Assembly (NCBI GenBank): GCA_964384555.1
Contig: CAYLLA010000002.1
Coordinates: 1,659 to 65,658, forward strand
Direction: 5' to 3'
DNA: 64,000 nucleotides
DNA from: an uncultured Ruminococcus sp.
Lineage (GTDB): Bacteria; Bacillota; Clostridia; Oscillospirales; CAG-272
Under the pieces are notes generated by a model. The model worked only from the letters and a program-made list of their open reading frames with translations. It did no database searches and had not been told where the DNA came from. Made by a program: the position numbers and the translations under genes. Position 1 is the stretch's first letter. Each line of letters starts with the position of its first letter. Below are positions 10,205-19,259 of this stretch, piece after piece.

Positions 10205-10903
10205 ATGAAGCTTTTACTTGCCGAGGATGAGCGTGCGCTCTCCGATGCATTGGTGGTAATACTTAAGCACAACGGCTACAGCGTAGATGCCGTTTGCAAT
10301 GGTGAGGAGGCACTTGAGTATCTCGCCTGCGGAGAGTATGACGGCGTGATACTTGATATAATGATGCCGCGCGTGGACGGTATTGAGGTCCTGCGCAGGA
10401 TACGCGCGGCGGGAAATGCCGTCCCTGTTTTGATGCTTACCGCCAAGAGCGATATCGATGACAGGGTAAAGGGACTTGACTGCGGCGCGGATGATTACCT
10501 TACAAAGCCCTTTGCGACCCGCGAGCTGTTGGCGCGACTGCGTGCCATCACTCGCCGCAGTGGCGGGCGAGCCGCAAACATCCTAAAGGTTGGGGACCTT
10601 ACCCTTGATTGCTCGCAATTTGCGCTTTGCTGTGCGGGCGGCAAGCTTGCGCTGACCGCAAAGGAGTTTGGCATTATGGAGCTGCTAATGCGCTCGCCCG
10701 GGCGCGTTATCTCGGCGGAGCGGATAATGGACAGCATTTGGGGCAGTGACAGCGATGCCGAGATCAGCGTGGTGTGGACGTATCTTTCCTACCTGCGCAA
10801 AAAGCTAAAGCTTTTGGGGTCGCGTGCAAGCATCCGCGTGGTGCGAAATATCGGATATACGCTGGACTGCGGCACTGATGGCGGGGAGGCCGAAAATGTG
10901 TAG
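10205..10903 (+). CDS. OmpR-family response regulator
   Basis: Receiver domain (LLAEDE, ILDIMMP, LTAK) plus a winged-helix C-terminus; GAGGAGG RBS. Confidence 0.9.
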   Translation: MKLLLAEDERALSDALVVILKHNGYSVDAVCNGEEALEYLACGEYDGVILDIMMPRVDGIEVLRRIRAAGNAVPVLMLTAKSDIDDRVKGLDCGADDYLTKPFATRELLARLRAITRRSGGRAANILKVGDLTLDCSQFALCCAGGKLALTAKEFGIMELLMRSPGRVISAERIMDSIWGSDSDAEISVVWTYLSYLRKKLKLLGSRASIRVVRNIGYTLDCGTDGGEAENV

Positions 10904-12239
10904 GCGCAGATCGGGCGGCCGCCGCCGCGAGGCCGAGCCGCGCCAGCTCAGGCGCTTGCGCATAAAATTTATAATTGCGGCCATGTCAGCCGCCGCCATC
11001 GTGCTTGGCTCGGTAATAGGCTTTATAAACGTTCAAAACTACCTGCGCGTGGGGCGGGAGGCCGACCAAATGATAAGCTTTTTGGGGGCTAACGGCGGCA
11101 GATTCCCTGCAAAGCATACCGACGAGCCGCGGACGGAGCCACCCGAAAAGGATCACGGTATACATGAAAGCTCCGCCGGCGAGTGGCAAGGACATGACGG
11201 GGATATTCCGCGAGATATGTCCCCGGAGCTTCCCTTTGAAACAAGATTTTTTACCGTAACGCTGTCGGCGGCGGGGAATGTGACAAATATCGATACTGAT
11301 AAGATCGCCGCCGTTGATGCCGATGAGGCAGGCCGCGCGGCCGTGCTTTTGGCGGCTGACGGTCGGCGCGGCGGCTATTGGGGCGATTATCGCTGTGGCG
11401 CATACGATACCGCGGACGGCGGTGTGATGTATATCTTCCTTGATTGCGGACGCGGCCTTGAGACCTTTCGTGTTTTCCTGCTCAGCAGTATCATCATAAG
11501 CTTGTCGGGTCTTTTGGTGGTCTTTTTCCTGCTCGTTATCTTCTCGGGCATGGTCATGTGCCCGTTTGCCGAGGTCTACCAAAAGCAACGCCGCTTTGTT
11601 ACCGATGCCAACCATGAGCTAAAGACCCCGCTTACCATCATCGGCGCGGCGTGCGAGATCCTTGAGTACAGCAACGAGGAGGAGCGCGGCGAGTGGATAG
11701 CAAGGATCGGTGAGCAGGTTGGCAGGCTCTCGGAGCTGACAAACAAGCTGGTGTTCCTGTCAAAAATGGACGAGGGCGGCGGAGGCACGGTAATGACGGA
11801 TTTCTCGCTCACCGAGATAGCGTCCGAGGCGGCGCGGCAATATTCCGCTCCCGCCGCGGCGAGGGGGCTGACGCTTTGCTGTGAGATAGAGAAAAATCTT
11901 ACCTACTGCGGCGATATCGAGCTTATCCGGGAGCTGTTTTCTATCCTGCTTGACAATGCCGTAAAATACTCGCCCCCCGGCGGGCAGATAACGCTATCTG
12001 TGGCGGCAAGCGGCAAGGGGCGGCGCATTATCATAAAAAATCCCGCGGCGGAGCTTCCGCGTGGCGATCTTTCAATGCTGTTTGAGCGTTTTTACCGTCC
12101 TGATTCCTCCCGCAACAGCGCGTGCGGCGGGCATGGGATAGGCCTATCCGTGGCGCGGTCGATAGTTGAGATACATCGCGGCAGGATAACCGCCTCCTCA
12201 CCGGACGGCGAGTGGGCGATCTTTACCGTCTCGCTGTGA
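10896..12239 (+). CDS. Sensor histidine kinase
   Basis: H-box HELKTPLT, N-box LLDNAVKYS, G-box GHGIGLSVA, two TM segments. The ATG at 10896 follows GGGGAGG and overlaps the regulator stop by 8 nt. Confidence 0.9.
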   Translation: MCRRRSGGRRREAEPRQLRRLRIKFIIAAMSAAAIVLGSVIGFINVQNYLRVGREADQMISFLGANGGRFPAKHTDEPRTEPPEKDHGIHESSAGEWQGHDGDIPRDMSPELPFETRFFTVTLSAAGNVTNIDTDKIAAVDADEAGRAAVLLAADGRRGGYWGDYRCGAYDTADGGVMYIFLDCGRGLETFRVFLLSSIIISLSGLLVVFFLLVIFSGMVMCPFAEVYQKQRRFVTDANHELKTPLTIIGAACEILEYSNEEERGEWIARIGEQVGRLSELTNKLVFLSKMDEGGGGTVMTDFSLTEIASEAARQYSAPAAARGLTLCCEIEKNLTYCGDIELIRELFSILLDNAVKYSPPGGQITLSVAASGKGRRIIIKNPAAELPRGDLSMLFERFYRPDSSRNSACGGHGIGLSVARSIVEIHRGRITASSPDGEWAIFTVSL

Positions 12240-12296
12240 GCGATATGCGGCGCGACGGAGTGGGTAGACAACAAAAAACTGTGTTATAGGAGGCAA

Positions 12297-13040
12297 GTGG
12301 TGGATATTCAAAACCGCTTTGAGCGATACGAGCTTAAGTATCTCATGGACTGCGGGCAATACGATGCCGTTCGGCGGGCAATGGATGGTCGCACAGTGGG
12401 CGACGAATACGGCAGGAGCACTGTGTGCAATATATATTACGACACGCCGGATATGCTCCTCATTCGCCGCTCGCTTGAAAAGCCGATATATAAAGAAAAG
12501 CTCCGCCTGCGGAGCTACGGCGCGGCGAGGGATGACAGTCGTGTGTTCTTGGAGCTTAAAAAGAAATATAAGTCTGTTGTGTATAAACGGCGCGCGGCAA
12601 TGCGCCTTTGCGAGGCTGAGGAGTTTTTTGTCGATCCCGCGGCGGATACACAGATAAAGCGCGAGCTGGCGTATTTTATAGCAAAAATGTCGCCGCTTGC
12701 TCCCGCTATGCTCATCTCCTGTGAGAGGGAGGCCTACTTCGGCGCGGATGACAGGGATCTGCGCATAACCTTTGACCGCAATATCCTTTGGCGGGACAGC
12801 GAGGTGGATCTGCGCTTGGGCGCGGGCGGCAGGGCAGTGCTGGCGGGGGATGCGGTGCTGATGGAGGTCAAAGTCGCGGGGGCGATCCCCTTGTGGCTTT
12901 CGGGTGCGCTGGCCGATGCGCGGATATATCCCACGTCCTTTTCAAAATACGGCCGCGCATACTGCATGCGCATGGCAGAGCAACGCGGTGCGAGTGCGAG
13001 TGCGTACATGAATTTCGCGGCGCGTTCTCGGATCGGCTAA
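12297..13040 (+). CDS. VTC-domain (polyphosphate polymerase-like, triphosphate-tunnel fold) protein
   Basis: The N-terminal FERYELKYL strand and YKEKLRLRSY / LELKKKY basic strands resemble bacterial VTC/CYTH-like proteins. Family recalled from memory. Confidence 0.6.
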   Translation: MVDIQNRFERYELKYLMDCGQYDAVRRAMDGRTVGDEYGRSTVCNIYYDTPDMLLIRRSLEKPIYKEKLRLRSYGAARDDSRVFLELKKKYKSVVYKRRAAMRLCEAEEFFVDPAADTQIKRELAYFIAKMSPLAPAMLISCEREAYFGADDRDLRITFDRNILWRDSEVDLRLGAGGRAVLAGDAVLMEVKVAGAIPLWLSGALADARIYPTSFSKYGRAYCMRMAEQRGASASAYMNFAARSRIG

Positions 13041-13074
13041 AGAAAAATAAAAACAAGATCAAGGAGCATATGTA

Positions 13075-13761
13075 ATGAATAATTTATTTGACAGCATATT
13101 GATGGGAGCGGGCCAGTCTACCATTGCCGTTTCCGACTTTATTTGGTGCATTGCCGCCGCGTTGGCGGCGGGCTTGATGTACGCCGCGGCGTACTCTGTA
13201 AAAAATCGAGCGGGCAGGAGCTTTCGCACTGCGCTGATACTGCTCCCCGCGGTGGTGGCGGTAGTTATCATGATGGTAAACGGCAATATCGGCATCGGCG
13301 TTGCAACGGCGGGAGCGTTTTCGCTTGTGCGCTTCCGCTCGGCGCAGGGAAATGCCAAGGAGATAAGCCTTATATTTATGTCTATGTGCTCCGGGCTGAT
13401 AGCTGGGGTGGGGTATCTTGCATATTCCGTCCTTTTTACCGCAATAATGTGTTTGGGAGTCATCACCTGCAATCTTGTCTCTGCCGCGGGACGGCGGCGG
13501 GATCTTTCCCGCACGCTTAAGCTCACGGTACCGGAGGATCTTGACTACACAGGCGCGTTTGATGATATCTTTGCCGACTTTACTACCGCCTGTGAGCCGT
13601 GCAGTGTTAAGACCTCAAATATGGGCAGTCTTTTCAAGCTGACCTATCGTGTAGTACTTAAAAAGGAAAGATCCGAAAAGGATTTTATTGACAGCTTGCG
13701 GGTGCGCAATGGGAATCTTGAGATATCCCTTTTGAAAACGGAGGAGAACGATGAGCTGTAA
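13075..13761 (+). CDS. DUF4956-like membrane protein
   Basis: Four or five TM segments followed by a soluble C-terminal domain. It is the usual partner of bacterial VTC-domain genes (from memory). Confidence 0.55.
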   Translation: MNNLFDSILMGAGQSTIAVSDFIWCIAAALAAGLMYAAAYSVKNRAGRSFRTALILLPAVVAVVIMMVNGNIGIGVATAGAFSLVRFRSAQGNAKEISLIFMSMCSGLIAGVGYLAYSVLFTAIMCLGVITCNLVSAAGRRRDLSRTLKLTVPEDLDYTGAFDDIFADFTTACEPCSVKTSNMGSLFKLTYRVVLKKERSEKDFIDSLRVRNGNLEISLLKTEENDEL

Positions 13762-16117
13762 ACACAAAAAAGTAGCGAATGATGAGGATGAGGCAAAGCG
13801 CCGGGGGCGCTTGGCGAGCAAGCCATGCGGCGTGTGCGCTCGCATCGTTGCGGGCATGCTTTGCGCGGCGCTTGCCATGAGCCTTACAGGCTGTCGCCGC
13901 AGCGAATTGCCCGATGAGGGGACTACCTCCCCGATCGACAGCGGTGATGCCGCCACAGCGGGATGGGAGCCGCAGGATACGACCGAACAGGTGGATATGT
14001 CTGGACGCCGCGCTGTGGAGAAGCCTACGGCTGATAACGCCACGCTTAAATACACCGGCGGCGAGCTTGAATTTTTGCCGAACGGATTTGACGGCGAGCT
14101 GATGGAGATAGAGGGCGCTGTCGGGCGTGAGGTGGGTGAGTACACCGCCACCGTGTCGCTTAAGGACACCGAGGGCTGTGCATGGGCGGATTCCACCATC
14201 GCGCCGATAGTGTTTGCATGGGCGATACGCGAGGATGGCCTCTCCTATCAGGTCACATGCTCGGGGCAGGTGCTTCACATCACCCACCCGGAGGGCGCGG
14301 TCTCCTACTCTGCGGATATCACAATGCCCGCGGGCGGGGATTATTCTCTGGATCAGGCAAGCGGTGCGCTCACGCTCAGCTACTCGGGCGTGTCTGCCGA
14401 GGATGTTACATGGGTGCTTGAGGGCAGCTATGGCGGGTCCTTGCTGTTTGATGCGGGGGAGGATAATGATATCCTTATCGAGCTTGCGGGCTTTAGCATA
14501 GCTTCGGCACGTGAATGCCCGATATATATCCAAAACGCGGCAAATGCCGATATCTCCGCCAAAAAGAATACCGAAAACAGCATTTGCGATACCCGCGCGG
14601 CGGCTGAGGAGCGCAAGGGGGCGGTATATTCCGTGTGCGACCTAAAGCTTAAGGGCGCTGGCGTTTTAAACGTGGTGTCGGATAACAACAACGGCATCCA
14701 CTCAAAGGATGACCTAAAGCTGCAAAAGCTCACACTGCGCATCAGCTCTGTGGACAACGCGCTAAAGGGAAATGACGGCGTGGTCATCGATTCGGGCGAG
14801 CTGACCCTCATCTCGCGCGGCGGTGACGGCATTAAGACCTCCAACAGCTCGCTCTCATCAAAGGGCAAGCAAAAGGGTAGCGTTGAGATAAATGACGGCA
14901 ATATTGCAATATACGCCGCGCGTGATGGGATAGATGCCGCGTTTGACGTTTATATCAACGGCGGCAGTGTGGATATCTATACAGATAGATATTCCTCCTA
15001 TTCGGAGGGGGTCGCGGCAGACGAAAATAACCAAATGCCGGGCGATATACCGGGCGATATGCCGGGTGATATACCCGGCGACATTCCCGGTGAAATTCCG
15101 GGAGGTATGCCTGATGCCATGCCGGGCGGGCGACCGAATGATGAGCAGCCCGGTGAGCGCCCGAGCGGCGGATACGTCGACGGCGCCGTTGGTATGAGCA
15201 GTCGCCCCGGCGGTAGGGGCGATGGACGTGATGACGGTAAAGGCGGCATGGGCGGCTTTGGTGGTTTTGGAGGCTTTGGCGGCGGCGGTCGCCCCGGCGG
15301 CATGGGCGGCATGGGGGACGGCAACAGCGATAAGTCGGATGTTTCAACCAAAGGCATCAAGGCCGCAAACGAGATAGTTATAAGTGACGGCAGTATAAAT
15401 ATCACCTCATACGATGACTCACTGCACGCAAACAATGACGGCACTATCGAGAGCGGGGTCACGCCGCTCGGCAACGTGACCATCGCGGGCGGCAAGCTCA
15501 CCTTGGCATCAAATGACGATGCCATACATGCCGACGGTACTGCTACCGTCAGCGGCGGCGAGTTGTCTATTCCCCAATGCTACGAGGGCATCGAGGGCAA
15601 TAACGTGGTGATATCCGGTGGTGATATCTCTGTTGTGTCAAGCGATGACGGCATAAACGGTACTGCGACTTCAGGCACGGCTATCGAGATCTCCGGCGGC
15701 AGGATATATGTCATGGCAGGCGGAGATGGTGTGGATTCAAACAGCCGCACCTCCTACAGCGGGATCGTCTTCTCGGGCGGGCGCTCGGTGATAATCTCGG
15801 TCGGTCGCGCGGATTCTTCCATCGATACCGAACAAGGCTACACCTTCAGCGGCGGATATGTCCTCGGCATCGGTATGTCGGGCGGTATGGGCAGTGAATC
15901 AGCAAACTGCAAAAACTTCTCGTCTGTCGGTAAAAAGACGACAGTAAACCTGCAAAAGGACAGCATTCTGACCGCGAGCGGCATAGTATCGGTAAAATTG
16001 CCCGAGAGCTTGAACGCTCTTGTCGTCCTGCTGGGCGATACCACGGCCGCCATCACCTCCGGTGCATCGTCGGATGGAATATCGTTTGACCAAAACGGCG
16101 TTGCGTGGCTGAAGTAA
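13751..16117 (+). CDS. Lipoprotein with Cthe_2159-like beta-helix carbohydrate-binding repeats and a Gly/Pro/Met-rich insert
   Basis: Lipobox LTGC. Recurrent DDGIH / NDDAIHADG / SDDGINGT / GDGVDSNS turns. Low-complexity insert MPGDIPGDMPGDIPGDIPGEIPGG...GGFGGFGGFGGGGRPGGMGGMG. Confidence 0.6.
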   Translation: MSCKHKKVANDEDEAKRRGRLASKPCGVCARIVAGMLCAALAMSLTGCRRSELPDEGTTSPIDSGDAATAGWEPQDTTEQVDMSGRRAVEKPTADNATLKYTGGELEFLPNGFDGELMEIEGAVGREVGEYTATVSLKDTEGCAWADSTIAPIVFAWAIREDGLSYQVTCSGQVLHITHPEGAVSYSADITMPAGGDYSLDQASGALTLSYSGVSAEDVTWVLEGSYGGSLLFDAGEDNDILIELAGFSIASARECPIYIQNAANADISAKKNTENSICDTRAAAEERKGAVYSVCDLKLKGAGVLNVVSDNNNGIHSKDDLKLQKLTLRISSVDNALKGNDGVVIDSGELTLISRGGDGIKTSNSSLSSKGKQKGSVEINDGNIAIYAARDGIDAAFDVYINGGSVDIYTDRYSSYSEGVAADENNQMPGDIPGDMPGDIPGDIPGEIPGGMPDAMPGGRPNDEQPGERPSGGYVDGAVGMSSRPGGRGDGRDDGKGGMGGFGGFGGFGGGGRPGGMGGMGDGNSDKSDVSTKGIKAANEIVISDGSINITSYDDSLHANNDGTIESGVTPLGNVTIAGGKLTLASNDDAIHADGTATVSGGELSIPQCYEGIEGNNVVISGGDISVVSSDDGINGTATSGTAIEISGGRIYVMAGGDGVDSNSRTSYSGIVFSGGRSVIISVGRADSSIDTEQGYTFSGGYVLGIGMSGGMGSESANCKNFSSVGKKTTVNLQKDSILTASGIVSVKLPESLNALVVLLGDTTAAITSGASSDGISFDQNGVAWLK

Positions 16118-16147
16118 GCGGCCGCTGAAACTTAAGATTTTAAAAAA

Positions 16148-16183
16148 ATGGTCGGGGCGAGCAGTCGCCCCGACCATTATTTT
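16148..16183. terminator. Bidirectional intrinsic terminator
   Basis: 13-bp stem atggtcggggcga / tcgccccgaccat, loop gcag, flanked by A7 upstream and tatttt downstream. Confidence 0.85.
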
Positions 16184-16311
16184 CGCCGCTAATAAAGGAG
16201 CTTTATATACGGCACAATTTAGAACTTCAGGCAAAAAAGATCTTACCGATGACCACAGCTATGCACAGAATCTCGGGCAGAAGGTGTGATGCCCGCTGCC
16301 CTTAATAAAAA

Positions 16312-17271
16312 TTATGATTCGATCTCGTCGAGTATTTTTTGCACGTTCTCATTTTGCAGATAGAACGGAGAAAGATGAGATTTTGTATATTGCATATACG
16401 TTCCGTTCGTTCTATCAGAAAGAAGCTCGGTAAAGTATTGCTCCCAGCTGAAATAAGCAGAGGACTCAATATAGTCCTGCGGTGCACTGAGTATCGCCTT
16501 TACTTCATTATCACGTAACACATCCGCCTTGAGTATCAACCATTCAAAGGATTCGGGGAGATACAAGGTTATCCTTCCGGGTTTCATGGACTGCAACTTA
16601 TATATTCTGTCGATCTCACATCCGAAAGCAGCCCCGTCTGCTATCACTATCACATTCTTATCGGTGTTTGCCAAAACTTCAAATATCTTGCTTTTTCCCT
16701 TCGCGGAGATGCAATGGATGCCCTTTTCGTCTGCAACGTGAAGAAAGAACTCATATCCGGAATTAGAGTCCTCTGTAATAAGGGTATCCGCATTGTTGAT
16801 GCTGCGATTCCGGGTAGGTATATCGGAATAAAATCTGCGTGTTCCGTTATATACCTTACCAAGCCTCATGCTGTGGCGGTAGGGTCGCATTTCATATATT
16901 TCCTCTACGCTGTACGGCAGATTATAAAGGTTTTCACGTGTGATAAGGACGTAATAGTTATCCGAATCGCGAACGGCTCGTGCAAATTCCTCGCTCTTGA
17001 TAAATTTATTGCCTTCGTCTATAAATACGATACTGTCCTTGATGTTATCAAGCCTTATCTGCCAATCGGTTCCCATAAGCACACGGCAGGGCTTATCGCA
17101 TTTAACGGTTACGCCGCTTTGTTTTCCAAGGGCTTCATAGTCGGAGAGCAAGCCTATAAGTGTTGTTTTTCCCGTAGCGCTATCACCGCGAATTATGGTG
17201 ATGTTTCTGAATAGGTCAAAATGAAACTGTACCTTTTGATTGCCGACTTTGACATTATGCTTTCCTATCAT
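16312..17271 (-). CDS. P-loop NTPase (Walker A/B) fused to a Toprim/DUF4435-like C-terminal domain
   Basis: GDSATGKTT (Walker A); SIVFIDEG (Walker B-like); C-terminal LITEDSNSGYEF and NVIVIADGAAFG. The ATG at 17271 follows GAGGTG. Confidence 0.55.
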   Translation of the reverse strand: MIGKHNVKVGNQKVQFHFDLFRNITIIRGDSATGKTTLIGLLSDYEALGKQSGVTVKCDKPCRVLMGTDWQIRLDNIKDSIVFIDEGNKFIKSEEFARAVRDSDNYYVLITRENLYNLPYSVEEIYEMRPYRHSMRLGKVYNGTRRFYSDIPTRNRSINNADTLITEDSNSGYEFFLHVADEKGIHCISAKGKSKIFEVLANTDKNVIVIADGAAFGCEIDRIYKLQSMKPGRITLYLPESFEWLILKADVLRDNEVKAILSAPQDYIESSAYFSWEQYFTELLSDRTNGTYMQYTKSHLSPFYLQNENVQKILDEIES

Positions 17272-17282
17272 ACGCTCACCTC

Positions 17283-17717
17283 TCAAACGTACTTTCCCGC
17301 AATGAGGATAAGGTCTTGCATGTTGTTCACCGTCTTCTTCTCGTTAATGACGTAAACTTCAAAATTCTTGCCGAAATCCATAATGTGATTCAGATTAATG
17401 GTGACGTCTTGCTCCTTAGCGAGTTCAAGCAACCATTTGGCACAGTTGTCGCCGCAGGTAGAGGCATTAAAAACGGTTTTCGGTTCGTTTTTGATCAAGA
17501 TCAAGGTCTTAACTCCGCCGGAAAGACCGGTCGGTGGAATCATACCAAGATAGGGACTGTCTATCACCTTATCGCTGACCACTGTGGAATCGTCAATGCC
17601 TTTGATCATTTCCTTTGTTTTGGAATCAAGCAGCCAACTCTCCCTATATTTATTTTTGAAATAGACTTCCGTATTATAGATAGCCTTTGGCATATCTCCA
17701 AAAAAGATCTTCAGCAT
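17283..17717 (-). CDS. Small protein with an ABC/SMC-type LSGG signature (DUF4869-like)
   Basis: 144 aa, MLKIFFGDMP...GLSGGVKTLILI...CGDNCAKWLLE. GGAGG RBS. Its stop lies 11 nt before the next ATG. Confidence 0.55.
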   Translation of the reverse strand: MLKIFFGDMPKAIYNTEVYFKNKYRESWLLDSKTKEMIKGIDDSTVVSDKVIDSPYLGMIPPTGLSGGVKTLILIKNEPKTVFNASTCGDNCAKWLLELAKEQDVTINLNHIMDFGKNFEVYVINEKKTVNNMQDLILIAGKYV

Positions 17718-17753
17718 CCTCTTACCTCCGTGAGTCAAATTCTTTACTATATT

Positions 17754-17782
17754 ATTTTACCATAAAATCGTGATAATATCAA
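17754..17782 (-). promoter_or_regulatory. Promoter of the two-gene cassette
   Basis: On the minus strand: TTGATA (17782-17777), 17-nt spacer ending TGg, TAAAAT (17759-17754). Confidence 0.6.
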
Positions 17783-18054
17783 GATGTAAAATAGGATCGG
17801 ATCGGTATTTTGAAAAAAGCAAAAGGAAAGGCTTGTCTATTTCAAAAACATCACAAATGAAATCGATAACGATTTGTGTCATTGCTCGGATCGTGCATTT
17901 GTCAATGATGTGAGACCAAAAAAGAGAAAGAACTCTCTGCCGGATGGTTTGTGGTGATTCTATTTTAGCACAACTCGGTCACTTTTTTAATGCCCATTGG
18001 TCTCTCATCTGTTGTAACACTACAATAGAAAAAGAGTCAAAATGAAACAAAATA

Positions 18055-18083
18055 TTGACTCTACTTTTCTTTTGTGGTATAAT
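18055..18083 (+). promoter_or_regulatory. SigA promoter of the acyltransferase gene
   Basis: TTGACT, 17-nt spacer ending TGg, TATAAT. Confidence 0.7.
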
Positions 18084-18105
18084 GAAGCCAAGGAGGACAC
18101 GTACC

Positions 18106-19191
18106 ATGAAAAGAGAAGTTAATGTTGATTTATTCCGAGTAATTGCCACATTCCTTGTGATTGTTCTGCATATTTTGGGTCAAGGCGGTATTTTATCAAG
18201 TTTGTCACCAAGTGCGGCAAGTTATTGGATAGCGTGGTTGGTGGAAATTATGGCTTATTGTGCTGTCAACTGTTTTGCATTAATAAGTGGATACGTTATG
18301 GTTCAGAGAAATATAAAAATAAAGAATATATTAGGATTGTGGCTTCAGACTGCATTTTATTCATTGTTGATTTCAGCGTTGTTCTTTGTTTTTGTTCCCG
18401 AAACGAGAAGTATCAAATCATTAGTGGTTGCCTTTTTGCCGATAGTGGGAAACCAATGGTGGTATATGTCCGCGTATTTCGCACTGTTTTTTTCTATACC
18501 TATTATCAATGCGGGGATAAATCATATCGCTAAAGAAACGTTAGAAAAACTATTGGCTGTTATCTTAATTGGAATATGCATTATCGATTGCGCTATCCCG
18601 ATTGATGCTTTTGCAATTAAAGATGGTTATTCTCCTATGTGGCTGATTATGATGTATCTGTTAGGGACGTATATAAAGAAATACGATGTGAAACAAAAAA
18701 CTACAGCAACTAAAAGCCTGCTTCTTTTTGGACTTATGGTCGTGATCACATTTTTGAGCAAACTAATTATTTTTGTTGCAACCAATATAATTATGGGACA
18801 AGTCAAATATGATAAAACATTTATATCGTATATATCTATTACGATTGTATTGTCCGCAATTTTCCTATTTCTTTTTTGTCTCAAAGTAAAAATAAAACCC
18901 ATTTTTGAAAGAATAATTGGGGCGTTGGCACCAACAACTTTAGGAATTTATTTGATACATGTTCATCCATTTGTGTTTCAGTATGTAATAAAGGATGCTT
19001 TTGTGAACTTTGCACACAAACCGGCTATAATAATGATTCTCTGCGTGATTGTTGCGGCATTGGCAGTGTTTTTTATATGCTTCGTGATTGATCGAATTAG
19101 AATACAGTTATTTAACCTTTTAAGAATTAATAAGTTATGCGAGTTCATTAGCAATAAGATTACAGGTATTTGTGATAGCTTGAAAGAATAA
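18106..19191 (+). CDS. Acyltransferase family 3 (OafA-like) membrane protein
   Basis: MKREVNVDLFRVIATFLVIVLHIL start; about 10 TM segments; AAGGAGG RBS; very AT-rich. Confidence 0.8.
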   Translation: MKREVNVDLFRVIATFLVIVLHILGQGGILSSLSPSAASYWIAWLVEIMAYCAVNCFALISGYVMVQRNIKIKNILGLWLQTAFYSLLISALFFVFVPETRSIKSLVVAFLPIVGNQWWYMSAYFALFFSIPIINAGINHIAKETLEKLLAVILIGICIIDCAIPIDAFAIKDGYSPMWLIMMYLLGTYIKKYDVKQKTTATKSLLLFGLMVVITFLSKLIIFVATNIIMGQVKYDKTFISYISITIVLSAIFLFLFCLKVKIKPIFERIIGALAPTTLGIYLIHVHPFVFQYVIKDAFVNFAHKPAIIMILCVIVAALAVFFICFVIDRIRIQLFNLLRINKLCEFISNKITGICDSLKE

Positions 19192-19193
19192 AC

Positions 19194-19222
19194 GTATAAA
19201 ACTCCTTGTTCTTCAAATACTA
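19194..19222 (+). promoter_or_regulatory. Possible forespore (SigG/SigF-type) promoter of spoVT
   Basis: GTATA (19194-19198), 17-nt spacer, AATACTA (19216-19222), compared with the recalled consensus GnATA-17/18-CATAcTA. Confidence 0.3.
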
Positions 19223-19251
19223 ATATTACATATTTGGAAAACAAGGAGTTT
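19199..19251 (+). terminator. 12-bp hairpin ending the acyltransferase transcript; its 3' arm contains the spoVT SD
   Basis: aaactccttgtt (19199-19210) pairs with aacaaggagttt (19240-19251) across a 29-nt loop, followed by attatatt. Confidence 0.4.
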
Positions 19252-19259
19252 ATTATATT

